Shown piece by piece: positions 26,637 to 36,113 of a stretch of 64,000 nucleotides of DNA. Position 1 is the first letter of the stretch, and every line of letters starts with the position of its first letter. The notes beneath the pieces were generated by a model. That model saw only the letters and a program-made list of their open reading frames with translations. It was not told where the DNA came from and searched no databases. Made by a program: the position numbers and the translations under genes. Origin of the DNA: a virus (taxonomy: Duplodnaviria; Caudoviricetes); IMG/VR virus record IMGVR_UViG_3300035675_000001, one strand, 5' to 3'.

Positions 26637-27509
26637 CTACGTCTTGGCTTCCAGGACGGACTGCTCCAACCGATCAAATTCCGCCTGCTGGTCTTTGGTG
26701 ATCCACCGGTCTGTGTCCAAGGGCCTCTCCTGTTCAATGGCAATCTTGTCGATGTGCCTGATGAAGAATCCCAGGTCGCGCTTGGCTTTGATCTGGTAGA
26801 ACATCGGGTCGTTGTCATCCGGCTGGTCAACTCCGTCCACATTCATCCACATCCGGTAAGCGTAGGCGACCAGCTCGTTCCCACCGATGTCCTGGGTCCG
26901 GCAGACTTCCTCCACCCGCTCCTGGTATCCGCGCTTCATCATGAAGGGCAGTCCGAAGCGAGCTTGGAATCCCTTGCTCCACTTGTTCAGGAATCTTTGA
27001 GCGTGTTGGAAAGCCGTCTTCTCCGCCGAAGGCGCAACACCACCAGCACCACTCTGACCGGAACCACTGCCCGCGCCAGCGGCAGTGGTTTTGGTCTTTG
27101 GTGATTGTTTAAGACTGGGGAATCTTAGTGCCCGGCTGTCCGGGGCCGGTAATCCGGGCATGGTGAGACCTTTTTTGACCGGCCCACCCATGCCCGGTAA
27201 ACCGGGCATAGAAGGCACAATTAAAGTGTAAACATTTCCCTTCCAGACACCACCAAGCCGCTCTTTTTCAACGAACAGAAACCCCTTCTTCTGGAGTTCA
27301 TACTGGTAGGTTTGCAAGGTTGACCTGGCGCAGCCCATGTTCGATTTCAGGGTATCCTGACTTGGAAAAGGCTGCGGACTATCGGGGCTGGCATAGCTCT
27401 GGAGTATGCCCCACAGCACCCGCGCACCAAATGACAGCTCTGCGTTCCTCAAAACGCTCTTAGCGGGAATGGAGCTGTGCCACTCCGCGCCGTATTTCAA
27501 CATACTCAT
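26637..27509 (-). CDS. winged HTH protein, phage replication-initiator-like
   Basis: LSFGARVLWGIL...FPSQDTL...GCARSTLQTYQYELQKKGFL (HTH_36-like); low-complexity linker containing DNA repeats. Confidence 0.6.
   Translation of the reverse strand: MSMLKYGAEWHSSIPAKSVLRNAELSFGARVLWGILQSYASPDSPQPFPSQDTLKSNMGCARSTLQTYQYELQKKGFLFVEKERLGGVWKGNVYTLIVPSMPGLPGMGGPVKKGLTMPGLPAPDSRALRFPSLKQSPKTKTTAAGAGSGSGQSGAGGVAPSAEKTAFQHAQRFLNKWSKGFQARFGLPFMMKRGYQERVEEVCRTQDIGGNELVAYAYRMWMNVDGVDQPDDNDPMFYQIKAKRDLGFFIRHIDKIAIEQERPLDTDRWITKDQQAEFDRLEQSVLEAKT
27128..27209. repeat. palindrome/iteron-like repeats within the initiator-like gene
   Basis: ATGCCCGGT-AA-ACCGGGCAT (27190-27209) and near-copy CCGGTAATCCGGGCAT (27146-27161). 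Confidence 0.55.
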
Positions 27510-27544
27510 TCGACCAGTAGAACGGGGTCGAAAGCGTTTACCTT

Positions 27545-29350
27545 TTAGTCAAGACGTTTGAACTCTTTCGCACGTCCGATGCTGTCGGGTCCGAGGCAGG
27601 GATGATAGAAAGTGTAGCCGCGAATGTCGTGGAGCTTGTTGAAGACGCGCTTGGAGCCGCGCCGGAGGGCCGGGTGCTGGACATCAATAAAGGCCGTGAT
27701 GAACGCTTCGTTGTCGCCCTGCTTCTTGCGGATGAACCGCCCGATGATCTGGTTCATGACCTCGGCGTCCCCGATGTAGTCGGCGATCACGCCGCCGCGA
27801 ATCTCGTTGATCGAGACGCCCTCTTTGACCAGCGGGCTGATGAGCACGCCGCCAGGGTGGGACCGGAACCAAGCGAACGCCTGGTCGCGTTCCTTGGGGG
27901 TATGCTCGCTGAACAGCACCTTCACGTTGTCCTGGCCGATGGCGTTGCCAATCATGGTTTCCAGGACCAGGACGTGCATAGTCCGGGTGCAAACCACCAG
28001 GGTCGGAAAGTTGCGCTCCTGGCTGTAGTGCTTGGCCCAGGCCACGATCAACTCGTTGCGCTCCTTGAAGCTGATGATGGACTTGTCGATGGTCCGATCC
28101 AGCAAGCAGTAGCGCGAGTCCACGTTGTAGGTGGTCGAGGAGCCGTCGAACTGGATGACGTGGAAGCCGTCCACGGTGACCGGCTTCTCGACCTCGATCC
28201 ACTTGGCCTTCTTCTGCGTGTCCACGTCCCCGTTGCTGGTATAGACCTCATTCTCCTCCACGCCCTCCAGCTCGCGGACCTTCCGCATCTTGATCTGGCC
28301 GCTCTCATCGCGCTCATAAACCGGGCCGACGTAGGTGCCATGCTTCCATTCGCTGCCGACCAGCGCCCAGGCCGGGGTGTCCGGGTCAGCCTGGTGCGGG
28401 ACGCTCTTGAAGCGGTTGTGCCAATCCCCGTTTTGAACCAAGTAGATGGTGGGCTTGGCTGAGCGCCCGATGTCGATGTAGGTGCTGACCGGGACCACGT
28501 AGCGGATCGGCCCCAGGAGGCCCTGAATCTTGTTGGCCAGGGCCGGGTCGCTGTCGCGCTTGGAGTCAGAAGCGCCCAGCCGAAAGAAGGCTGGAATTTG
28601 CATCATGATCTTGCTGCTCGTGGGAGCGCAGACGTGATGACTCTCGTCGTAGAGGACGGCGATGAAGTTGTTGAACCACTTTTCGGCGATCAACTCTTGA
28701 CGGTGTGCCCACAGCATAGCCACGGTGCAGATCACCATGTCCTTGCCGGTCTTGTCGTTCTTGCTGCCGCCGAACTGGGTGATGTGGAAGCCGGGCATGA
28801 ACGCCTTGATGTCCTTGTAAGCCTGGCGGACCAGGCGCTCGCTCTGCGTGATGTAAAGGATGCGGGCGTCGCTAAACTTGGCGATAATCATGCCCGCTGC
28901 TGCCGCGAACATGGCCGTCTTGCCGCCGTTGACGGCGATCTTGTTGACGCCCATCCCGTGGGAGAGCCAGAAGGCCACGCTCTCGCGCTGGTATTCGTCC
29001 AGGTCGAAGTCAGAGGCCAGGAGGTCCACGGGGATGTCGTCGGAGGTAATGGAGGCGAAGGGCGACTTGAGACACTGGCTGGTGTCCACCTGGTAGCCCA
29101 GCTTTTGGGCCAGCTCGATGATGGTGTCCCGGTGCCCGCGCAGGCAGTTGGCCCGCTCGTCGTTGGAGAAGGTGATAGGGCAGACGTAGCCGTCCCACCC
29201 GTCCTGGCCATCGGTCAGGACGTAGGCTTTGTAGGAGGGGGCGTGCTCGAAACCCTTGGGACGAAAGCGCAGCTTACTGGCCAGGTTGCTCAGCTCCGAG
29301 CTGTCGCCAACCAGCTTGATGTGTGTTGGACCTTCAATGACACGAATCAC
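27545..29350 (-). CDS. superfamily 2 DNA helicase (UvsW-like)
   Basis: AVNGGKT Walker A, LYDESHH DExH, VKEGVSI, QIIGRFIR motif VI. Confidence 0.85.
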   Translation of the reverse strand: MIRVIEGPTHIKLVGDSSELSNLASKLRFRPKGFEHAPSYKAYVLTDGQDGWDGYVCPITFSNDERANCLRGHRDTIIELAQKLGYQVDTSQCLKSPFASITSDDIPVDLLASDFDLDEYQRESVAFWLSHGMGVNKIAVNGGKTAMFAAAAGMIIAKFSDARILYITQSERLVRQAYKDIKAFMPGFHITQFGGSKNDKTGKDMVICTVAMLWAHRQELIAEKWFNNFIAVLYDESHHVCAPTSSKIMMQIPAFFRLGASDSKRDSDPALANKIQGLLGPIRYVVPVSTYIDIGRSAKPTIYLVQNGDWHNRFKSVPHQADPDTPAWALVGSEWKHGTYVGPVYERDESGQIKMRKVRELEGVEENEVYTSNGDVDTQKKAKWIEVEKPVTVDGFHVIQFDGSSTTYNVDSRYCLLDRTIDKSIISFKERNELIVAWAKHYSQERNFPTLVVCTRTMHVLVLETMIGNAIGQDNVKVLFSEHTPKERDQAFAWFRSHPGGVLISPLVKEGVSINEIRGGVIADYIGDAEVMNQIIGRFIRKKQGDNEAFITAFIDVQHPALRRGSKRVFNKLHDIRGYTFYHPCLGPDSIGRAKEFKRLD

Positions 29351-29389
29351 ACCAGCAGTATCCAGCCTTGCTGGAAAATGTAAACAAAA

Positions 29390-30667
29390 TTAAGCTGCGG
29401 GCGTCGGCAGCGGAACAATCTGTTTGCAGGCGTCGATCACATCCTGTGGTGACACGGCTCCCAAGCACTCGCAAACCGTCCGGTTAGGCCGGGGCGGGCA
29501 ATACTTGGGGAACACGCCGCTGTAAGCGAAGCAGGGGGAGAATGGGCAGGCTTCGCGCTTCCAGACCGGGATGTGATTCTTGTAATACTTCACGCGCTTG
29601 CCAGGGTCGCACAGACCCCACAGGCCGACGCAGGGCACGTCCATCGCTCCGGCGACGTGAACCATCATGGAGTCCGGGGCAACCACCAGGGATGCCTTGG
29701 TGGTCAGCGCCCACAGCTCCCGCAGGGACGGCGAGCAGTAAAGCTGGATGTTCTGGCGCAGGCAGCCGGAACCTTTGCACTTGGGGCAGATGTCATGGAC
29801 CGGCGCGGGCGGCGTAACCTGGGTTCCGTTTTCCGTGACCGTGGTTCCGCTGTCCGTAACTTCGGGCGCTTTTTCCACCCGGCCACTGCCGCCACACTTG
29901 GCGCACATGACGGCCTTGCGGTAAGGCTCCGGGATGAACTCGTCGTAGAGCGCCAGCCAGTGCATGTCCGGGTAGGCGTCTGCCAGCTTGCTCAGGATGA
30001 AGGCGCTGTCGTTGGGCGGCAGGCACCGCACCTGGTTCGCCGCCGAGAGCTGATACATGCCGAGCTTCTTGCCCTGGAAGATGTTTGCCGATTGCATCTC
30101 CAGGAAGGTGAAGTTCGGGCGCACGACCTTGCTCTTGGCGTCGATGGTGTCGGGGTTAACCCCGGCCTTGTTGAGCATCACGTCCAGGGGATGGAGCTGG
30201 TCCTGGTGCTCGTCGGTGTTGACCACGGCTTCCAGGAGGAAGTAGTAGTCGAACATCTTGAACTGCTCGTGCTGCATGGGAAGGGTCTGGATGGACTTGA
30301 GCCAGGGGAAGTTCCACCAGCAGGTCTGGTTGCCTGGGTCGGTCAGAACGTGGACCTCGAAGCCGTAGCTGGACATGATCCGGGCAAACGGCCAGGTCAT
30401 GATCTGGTCCCCATAGCCGCCGCTGCCGTTGTAAATCAGGAGGCGCTGGGTGCCAGGCTTGCGGGCCAGGGCATTGAAATTGGCGATTCGGCTTTCAATC
30501 CGGCTCACCTTGAAGGCACGCTGGTTGACAGCCTGCTCCTGGATGATGCGGTTGAACTGCTGCTGGGGCAGGATGTATTCGCGGCCTGCCTCAAAGGTCA
30601 TGGTCGCGGCACCCGCCGACTTTTTGAAGTTGATCGAGACCGGTTCGGCAAATGTTACCAGATTCAT
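29390..30667 (-). CDS. glycosyltransferase family 9-like (heptosyltransferase fold) with inserted CxxCxGxG zinc finger
   Basis: GGYGDQIMTWP and VAPDSMMVHVAGAMDVPCVGLWG are GT9 signatures; CAKCGGSG...CPKCKGSG. Confidence 0.8.
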   Translation of the reverse strand: MNLVTFAEPVSINFKKSAGAATMTFEAGREYILPQQQFNRIIQEQAVNQRAFKVSRIESRIANFNALARKPGTQRLLIYNGSGGYGDQIMTWPFARIMSSYGFEVHVLTDPGNQTCWWNFPWLKSIQTLPMQHEQFKMFDYYFLLEAVVNTDEHQDQLHPLDVMLNKAGVNPDTIDAKSKVVRPNFTFLEMQSANIFQGKKLGMYQLSAANQVRCLPPNDSAFILSKLADAYPDMHWLALYDEFIPEPYRKAVMCAKCGGSGRVEKAPEVTDSGTTVTENGTQVTPPAPVHDICPKCKGSGCLRQNIQLYCSPSLRELWALTTKASLVVAPDSMMVHVAGAMDVPCVGLWGLCDPGKRVKYYKNHIPVWKREACPFSPCFAYSGVFPKYCPPRPNRTVCECLGAVSPQDVIDACKQIVPLPTPAA

Positions 30668-30755
30668 ACTTCTCTACAGAACGCGGACGTTTTTGTTTAC
30701 TTTTTTGGATCGGTCGCCCGCCCTGTAGATACATCGGGGCCGTGTGCCCTCGCTT

Positions 30756-31187
30756 ATGGTCATTAAGAAAAAGAAAGACACGTTCAACGATTACTCGGTG
30801 GAACTGAGCTGGGGCCAGCTCAACGCCATCTACCGGGCGCTCGAACAAGACCACGCTGATCCTCTTGCGGATGAGCTTTTTGCTGAGCTTGGCTGGTATC
30901 TCCAGAACGTCCCCGGACCCGGTGAGGACGAGGAGGAATACAAGGAGGCCAAGGACGCCGAGAAGCAGGCCATCGAGGGCGGCGAGGAAGCAGGTATGCC
31001 TGGTGAACAGCGCAACCCTGACCTTATCGGCCAGGAGATTGGGGCCGAGGAGCCGGAAGGCGCTGAGGGTCCAGTCGAGGGCCAACCTGCGCCGGGCGGC
31101 GAAGAAATGCCGCAGGCCGGAGAACCTGCCGAGCGACCGGAAGCTGCCGAAGCCGATCAATTCCTGGAACGTCCACCCGTTGGTTGA
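30756..31187 (+). CDS. hypothetical protein with acidic C-terminus
   Basis: ORF; first gene of a plus-strand block. Confidence 0.6.
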   Translation: MVIKKKKDTFNDYSVELSWGQLNAIYRALEQDHADPLADELFAELGWYLQNVPGPGEDEEEYKEAKDAEKQAIEGGEEAGMPGEQRNPDLIGQEIGAEEPEGAEGPVEGQPAPGGEEMPQAGEPAERPEAAEADQFLERPPVG

Positions 31188-31203
31188 GTTCTATTTGGCG
31201 TGA

Positions 31204-31833
31204 ATGAGTGCCAATACCTCACTACTGACGGACGCCTCCCGGCTATCCGCGACGCAGAACACGGAGAACTACGCCGAGGGCGTTGCCGTCCACATCAACG
31301 GCGACTGGTCTCAGCACTATCAGTTCGTCGTGATTCCGCAGGCGTGGATTGATTCGTGCGGCAACACCATCCCCGGCAGCCAGCGCCTTCGCATCCCGCT
31401 GACGGCTTACAACACGGATGTCAACGTCGTGGTGCCCATTATTCCGTTCATCCCGCCCACCAGCGGCGTGGCTCCGTCGATCATCACACCCCCGACCGCC
31501 AAGAATATCGGCTACGGCGAAACGGCCCGATTTGCAGTGATTGCAGACGGCACGCCGATGCTGACCTATCAGTGGTATCACAACGGCAATCTCATCCAGG
31601 GGGCCACGTCCAACCAACTTGCCGTCACCAACGCTGCTCTGGACGATGCGGGCCTGTATTCCTGCACCATCAGCAACGACTTCGGCCAGATTACAACCAC
31701 GCCCGTCCAACTGTATGTCCAGTGGGCGCAGCGCAACTGGCGCGAAACCACGTTTTGGGAGGATGTGGTGGACTTCTTCGACAGTGGGCCACTCTACGGC
31801 CTGCCGCCCGGCACGGTTGATGGACCCCTATGA
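31204..31833 (+). CDS. immunoglobulin I-set domain protein, probably virion-exposed
   Basis: PSIITPP...ARFAVIADGTPMLTYQWYHNG...DAGLYSCTISNDFG. Confidence 0.8.
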   Translation: MSANTSLLTDASRLSATQNTENYAEGVAVHINGDWSQHYQFVVIPQAWIDSCGNTIPGSQRLRIPLTAYNTDVNVVVPIIPFIPPTSGVAPSIITPPTAKNIGYGETARFAVIADGTPMLTYQWYHNGNLIQGATSNQLAVTNAALDDAGLYSCTISNDFGQITTTPVQLYVQWAQRNWRETTFWEDVVDFFDSGPLYGLPPGTVDGPL

Positions 31834-32924
31834 GCCAGAAACAATTAGTCACTCAGGGTGAGGTCAAGAACACGATCAGTGGTCTGGACGCGCTGGCCAA
31901 CAACCTGAACGATCACGTCAACGCCAGCATGTCCAAATCACATGGCTGGACGGGGATGGATCAGGAGTATTTCGATTCTGGCGGCTGCTGGCACACAGAC
32001 ACTCCTGGCCGCGTGCTCCGCATCGTGGTGGGCGACCAGATTTACTACGCCCCCGCTCAGCTCTCTGGCGGGCTGGACGGCTACCCCGATCCGGTCCTGC
32101 CGCCTTACACCGGCATCATCTCCCCACAGCAAGCCGACCCCACCCTCGACCTGACGGTGGGCAGCCCGGCTATCGCAAGCCTGGTCACCGAATTTGCCGG
32201 AGAACTGAACGTCGTCGCAGGCGCGTCAGACACGACGCTGCTTAGCCACGCAGGCACGGAGCCAGAGCGCGTCCACGGAGCCTTGTCCGGTATGCTGCGC
32301 TACACCCGCGACAACGCCGGAGCACGCCATATCGTGGGACGCCGCGTGGTCAATCTGACCATCGCCGGTGTGAAGTGGTCAATCGTCTGCGACTACGAGC
32401 CGCTGGGACCAACGCAGCCTACCCGTTTTGTCAACACCTGTCCGCAGATCATCGCCAAGATCGGCGAGAGCAACCTCAGCGACCAGGGCAACTGCTACTG
32501 GAAAGACGAAGCCGGGGATGGCGACAGCATGAACGATTACGTGGCCGAGCTGGAGGTTGTCGGGACGCCGCCGATCCAATACAAGTGGCAATACTGCACC
32601 AACGCCACGACCCCTATCTGGACGGACGTGGTATCTGGCGGAACCTACAGCGTGAACAACGGCTTTTCATTTACCGTTCTTGCTGATGCGGCCCATGCTG
32701 GCGATGAATGGATCGTTGGTCTGCCCTCTGGCGCGACGACGGTGAATCCACCGGCCTCGACCAAGCTCCGCATTGCGATCAGTCACGGCGGAAGCAACGC
32801 CAACGGCACGAATTTCGGCTACGGCATCCGCATGGTTGCAGACAATTCGGCCATCCCTGATGGCTCGATCATCTACAGCGACATGCTCTCGATGGCCATG
32901 ATCGACCACACGGGCTGCTGCTGA
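31830..32924 (+). CDS. putative virion structural protein with Ig-like segment
   Basis: VVGTPPIQYKWQY Ig-like strand; ATGA-coupled. Confidence 0.55.
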   Translation: MSQKQLVTQGEVKNTISGLDALANNLNDHVNASMSKSHGWTGMDQEYFDSGGCWHTDTPGRVLRIVVGDQIYYAPAQLSGGLDGYPDPVLPPYTGIISPQQADPTLDLTVGSPAIASLVTEFAGELNVVAGASDTTLLSHAGTEPERVHGALSGMLRYTRDNAGARHIVGRRVVNLTIAGVKWSIVCDYEPLGPTQPTRFVNTCPQIIAKIGESNLSDQGNCYWKDEAGDGDSMNDYVAELEVVGTPPIQYKWQYCTNATTPIWTDVVSGGTYSVNNGFSFTVLADAAHAGDEWIVGLPSGATTVNPPASTKLRIAISHGGSNANGTNFGYGIRMVADNSAIPDGSIIYSDMLSMAMIDHTGCC

Positions 32925-32926
32925 TT

Positions 32927-33379
32927 ATGCCTGATGTAATTTGTAAACAACTTGAAGCACGGGGTCTGATGACCCCGAACGAACACCAGCTCATCCGTTT
33001 CATGTTGGTTTGGGACTCGCAGAATCCCTTCGCCTCCATGATGGCCAACTTCTACCTGGGCAAAGGCCGCATCCTGGTGGACAAGATGCTCGCAGGTAAC
33101 CACGATTGGAACGAGTCAGCCCAGCGCAACAAAGAGATCATCAAGTTCATCGAGGAAAAGAAGTGGCCCGAAGCTTCGATAGGCTACGGCGACATGCTCG
33201 TGGACTACATGACCAAATACTGGCCCGACTGCGACAATGTGTTTTGGAAAAAAGCCGTCGTGCTCTACCAGGAAGCTAAAGAGCGCATGGCCAAAGGCGA
33301 GCCAGTGGTGGGCGTTTGGCCAACTAAGGCCGATGGTCCTCCACCGGCCTTCCCGTTCAAGCTGACCCGCACTCAGTAA
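32927..33379 (+). CDS. hypothetical protein
   Basis: 150-aa ORF in the plus-strand block. Confidence 0.6.
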   Translation: MPDVICKQLEARGLMTPNEHQLIRFMLVWDSQNPFASMMANFYLGKGRILVDKMLAGNHDWNESAQRNKEIIKFIEEKKWPEASIGYGDMLVDYMTKYWPDCDNVFWKKAVVLYQEAKERMAKGEPVVGVWPTKADGPPPAFPFKLTRTQ

Positions 33380-35046
33380 GTTTTCAGCGCCAGCATGGAC
33401 ATGTAAACCATGCAATACTGGTCGCTCGGATTGGTGATCGTAAACTTATTGTCGAACTGCCGGAGCCGAGGCCCGGAGACGGTCCCGTTCAAGGAGAATC
33501 CCGGAACATTGGTATCACCGCCCAGGGGAATAGTCGCCTGGGTTCCATAGCTCTTGACCGTGCCCGCGTTAGCGAAGCTCAGAATGGCGTCAGTGTTCGT
33601 CCAATTCACCGAAGCCGGAGAGGTCGAAAGCGTGTCAGGCATGACGAGCGTGATCGAACCCAGCCATTTGGCGTAATAGTAAAACTTCAAGAAGGCCAGC
33701 CCGTGCCCAACTGCCGCATCGCTCACCTTGTATTCCTGGAAGGTCACGATAGCCGTGCCCGGATACGAAAGCGGGATGTTGAGGTAAGGGCCGTCAGGAC
33801 CACTTGCAGCCTTGTAGTCGGCCTCGACGTAAACGGTGCCGGTGCATGTTCTGAACCCATAGGCCGTGGTGGGGGCGCTGAACATCAGGTTCCAGCTCGT
33901 GTTCGGAGGAGCCGTAGTCCACTGAATCGGACCAGTCGGAGGCAGGACCGCGATGTAAGTTTGGGTCTCTCCACCGACCACATAGGTCACCACATCATTC
34001 AGGATGTAAGGCTGCGACGGGTTATCGGTCGGAGGGTTGCCCCAGGTGCCACGGTAGGTTGGACCGTTGGAGCCTTTGGCAGCGATCAAATCCCACTCAG
34101 CCGGATACGTGATGGGATCGTGGTTCGTGATCGGGAGCGGCGAAACGCAAACATACGAGCTGCCCAGGTATTCCACTCCCTCGTCCTCATTGTAAGTCGT
34201 GGCCGGGCTGTAAACGCCCTTCCAGTCGAACCCAGGATCACCCTTCTTGGCCAGGAAATCCCACCAGAGATCGCCGCCTCCACCCACCGGGACGTTGCCG
34301 ACGTTGCCTGCTGCTTTGGATTTGAACGCTGAGCCGTCGTAGTAAACCACGTCGGTTGCGGTGTAGGCCGTGGAGACCACCCAGGTAGATTGCCAGGTCA
34401 GCCCAGGCGATCCGGCAGGACCGGTCGGACCAGCTCCGCCGCTAGGCCCCGGAGGACCAGCGGGTCCGGGCGGGCCGGAAGGCGCAATCGAAGCCGACGC
34501 CAGCAGAAAGCCAGACGTGGCTCCCAGGGGGCGCATGGTGAGCAGGATCGAAGCGATCATCTCCAGCGTGGAACCGCCACGGTTCTTGAGCGTGATGATG
34601 AACTCGCCCGCCGAGAAGAAAATGGTGCCGCCCGTGTATTCGGTGGACGTGCTGACCACCTGAGCGCCGGTGGAATTGCCGAAGCTGTTCGGGGTGTAGT
34701 AAATGTCCAGCTCCGCACTGGAGGAGGCCGGGATCGAGGTCACGACCGCATTGAGCACGCGGCACTCAAAGCCGGGCGGGATGCGGAAGTTCTGGATGAT
34801 CTCCTCGGCATTGGGTGGGAGCGTGGTCCGCAGCACCGGCATGGGGACAAACTGCTCCTTATTGTTTACAACTTCGATTACCTCGTTGACCTTCTGCGCG
34901 ATGGCCACGTCACGCTGAGCCAGGTGCCGGGTCGGGCGCGAAATGCCTGGAACGTCCATCGCATCACCCTCGGTGAAGTGACGCACGTCGTTCTCGCCGT
35001 AGTTGATTGCTGCGGCATCTGGAATGCTTAGTGGGTCGATTGCCAT
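33373..35046 (-). CDS. tail fibre-like protein with collagen repeat and carbohydrate-binding repeats
   Basis: GPPGPAGPPGPSGGAGPTGPAGSPG; three W-x5-Y-x3-DVV-x-Y-x-G-type repeats. Confidence 0.7.
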   Translation of the reverse strand: MAIDPLSIPDAAAINYGENDVRHFTEGDAMDVPGISRPTRHLAQRDVAIAQKVNEVIEVVNNKEQFVPMPVLRTTLPPNAEEIIQNFRIPPGFECRVLNAVVTSIPASSSAELDIYYTPNSFGNSTGAQVVSTSTEYTGGTIFFSAGEFIITLKNRGGSTLEMIASILLTMRPLGATSGFLLASASIAPSGPPGPAGPPGPSGGAGPTGPAGSPGLTWQSTWVVSTAYTATDVVYYDGSAFKSKAAGNVGNVPVGGGGDLWWDFLAKKGDPGFDWKGVYSPATTYNEDEGVEYLGSSYVCVSPLPITNHDPITYPAEWDLIAAKGSNGPTYRGTWGNPPTDNPSQPYILNDVVTYVVGGETQTYIAVLPPTGPIQWTTAPPNTSWNLMFSAPTTAYGFRTCTGTVYVEADYKAASGPDGPYLNIPLSYPGTAIVTFQEYKVSDAAVGHGLAFLKFYYYAKWLGSITLVMPDTLSTSPASVNWTNTDAILSFANAGTVKSYGTQATIPLGGDTNVPGFSLNGTVSGPRLRQFDNKFTITNPSDQYCMVYMSMLALKTY

Positions 35047-35061
35047 AACGGTTTAACTACC

Positions 35062-35406
35062 TCAGCCATACCAGTTCAGGTGCCGAGTGCTCATCCACTC
35101 GCGGTAAATCTTGAACCTGTAGCGGATACGGGGGTCAAGGATGTATGTCTGCTTCTGTTTGACGACGCCCTTTCCAGGCGTTCGCCGAAATCCCATCGTC
35201 ACCTGGCGGGCCTCCTGCCACTGCGGGACCAGAGCACCGAGCCGCCCAATGGTGACTTTGCTGCCATCCGCCACGCCCTCCTCGAAGGTGGAAACCATCG
35301 TCCGGTAGAGCTGGCAGGCCACGTCGTAGGTGACACCGCACTCCTGCATCCACTTGCGGATGAAGTCGCGGCGGTTAACCGTTTGGCGCTTGCCGGTCAG
35401 GCTCAT
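35062..35406 (-). CDS. HU/IHF-like DNA-binding protein
   Basis: NRRDFIRKW...MVSTFEEGVADGSKVTIGRLG...YRFK follows the HU fold pattern. Confidence 0.65.
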   Translation of the reverse strand: MSLTGKRQTVNRRDFIRKWMQECGVTYDVACQLYRTMVSTFEEGVADGSKVTIGRLGALVPQWQEARQVTMGFRRTPGKGVVKQKQTYILDPRIRYRFKIYREWMSTRHLNWYG

Positions 35407-36113
35407 GTGGTGAAGGGCAGGGAAAGGTTGAATGTGGCCTGGTTCATCTTCGAGAGGAAGATGGCGTTGACCAGGACTTCACGCGGGGAAGGCCGAAGCA
35501 CTTCCAGGGATTCAAGGCTGACTCGCGGCTCGAACTGGTTGATCGCCTCGTCGATCTCCTGCTGGATCAACGACTGGACGTTGCCATCGTTTGGCTCGAA
35601 CACGGCCCGCCGCAGATTCGTGCCGTAGGTCGGGTTCATGACCCGCTCGCCCTTGGATGTGATGAGCAGCATTTTCACCGAAGACTTGAGCACATCCAGG
35701 TTGAAACCGGTGTCGAAGTTCCACTCCTGCTCGTTGGGGAAGCCATCGTCCATCGGCAGGATTGGACCGAACAGATACTTGTCCACGGTGGGAACAAGCT
35801 GCTCTGGCTGAATGGTAACGGTGCTGTAATAGGCCGTCTGATTCGGCGTGGGCTGGAGGTAGTTCCAAGCCAGGATGGTGATGAAGTAGGTGCCCAGGCG
35901 CAGGTTCCTGGTCATGTCCAGGGAGATGGGCTTATGCCCCGGAGTGAACTGAACGGGCGGCGTTCCGTCGTTCCAGTCCAGGCTCGCGCCCACCATGTTG
36001 ATGGCCGGGTTGCTGTCCGTGACCACGGCAATGACGTGGACCGAGCCATAGTTCCTGCCCGGCAGAACCATCAGATTCTCCTGCTTGGCCAGGTTACAGG
36101 TGATCGTCAGCAT
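35403..36113 (-). CDS. baseplate wedge gp25/GPW-like protein with N-terminal PKD-like extension
   Basis: LKSSVKMLLITSKGERVMNPTYGTNL...QFEPRV. Confidence 0.85.
   Translation of the reverse strand: MLTITCNLAKQENLMVLPGRNYGSVHVIAVVTDSNPAINMVGASLDWNDGTPPVQFTPGHKPISLDMTRNLRLGTYFITILAWNYLQPTPNQTAYYSTVTIQPEQLVPTVDKYLFGPILPMDDGFPNEQEWNFDTGFNLDVLKSSVKMLLITSKGERVMNPTYGTNLRRAVFEPNDGNVQSLIQQEIDEAINQFEPRVSLESLEVLRPSPREVLVNAIFLSKMNQATFNLSLPFTT

Noticed and set aside
26630-26842. ORF-track N-terminal extension of 25511-26842
   Set aside because: Overlaps the initiator gene; GTAGTTA-N4-GTG defines the start at 26629
28050-28420. Possible intein in the helicase
   Set aside because: No C/S start, no His-Asn end, no LAGLIDADG motifs
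30744-31187. Acidic C-terminus of the 30756 protein as another acidic-tag member
   Set aside because: E/P/G-rich, but lacks the D-run followed by (W/F)K(D/E)V
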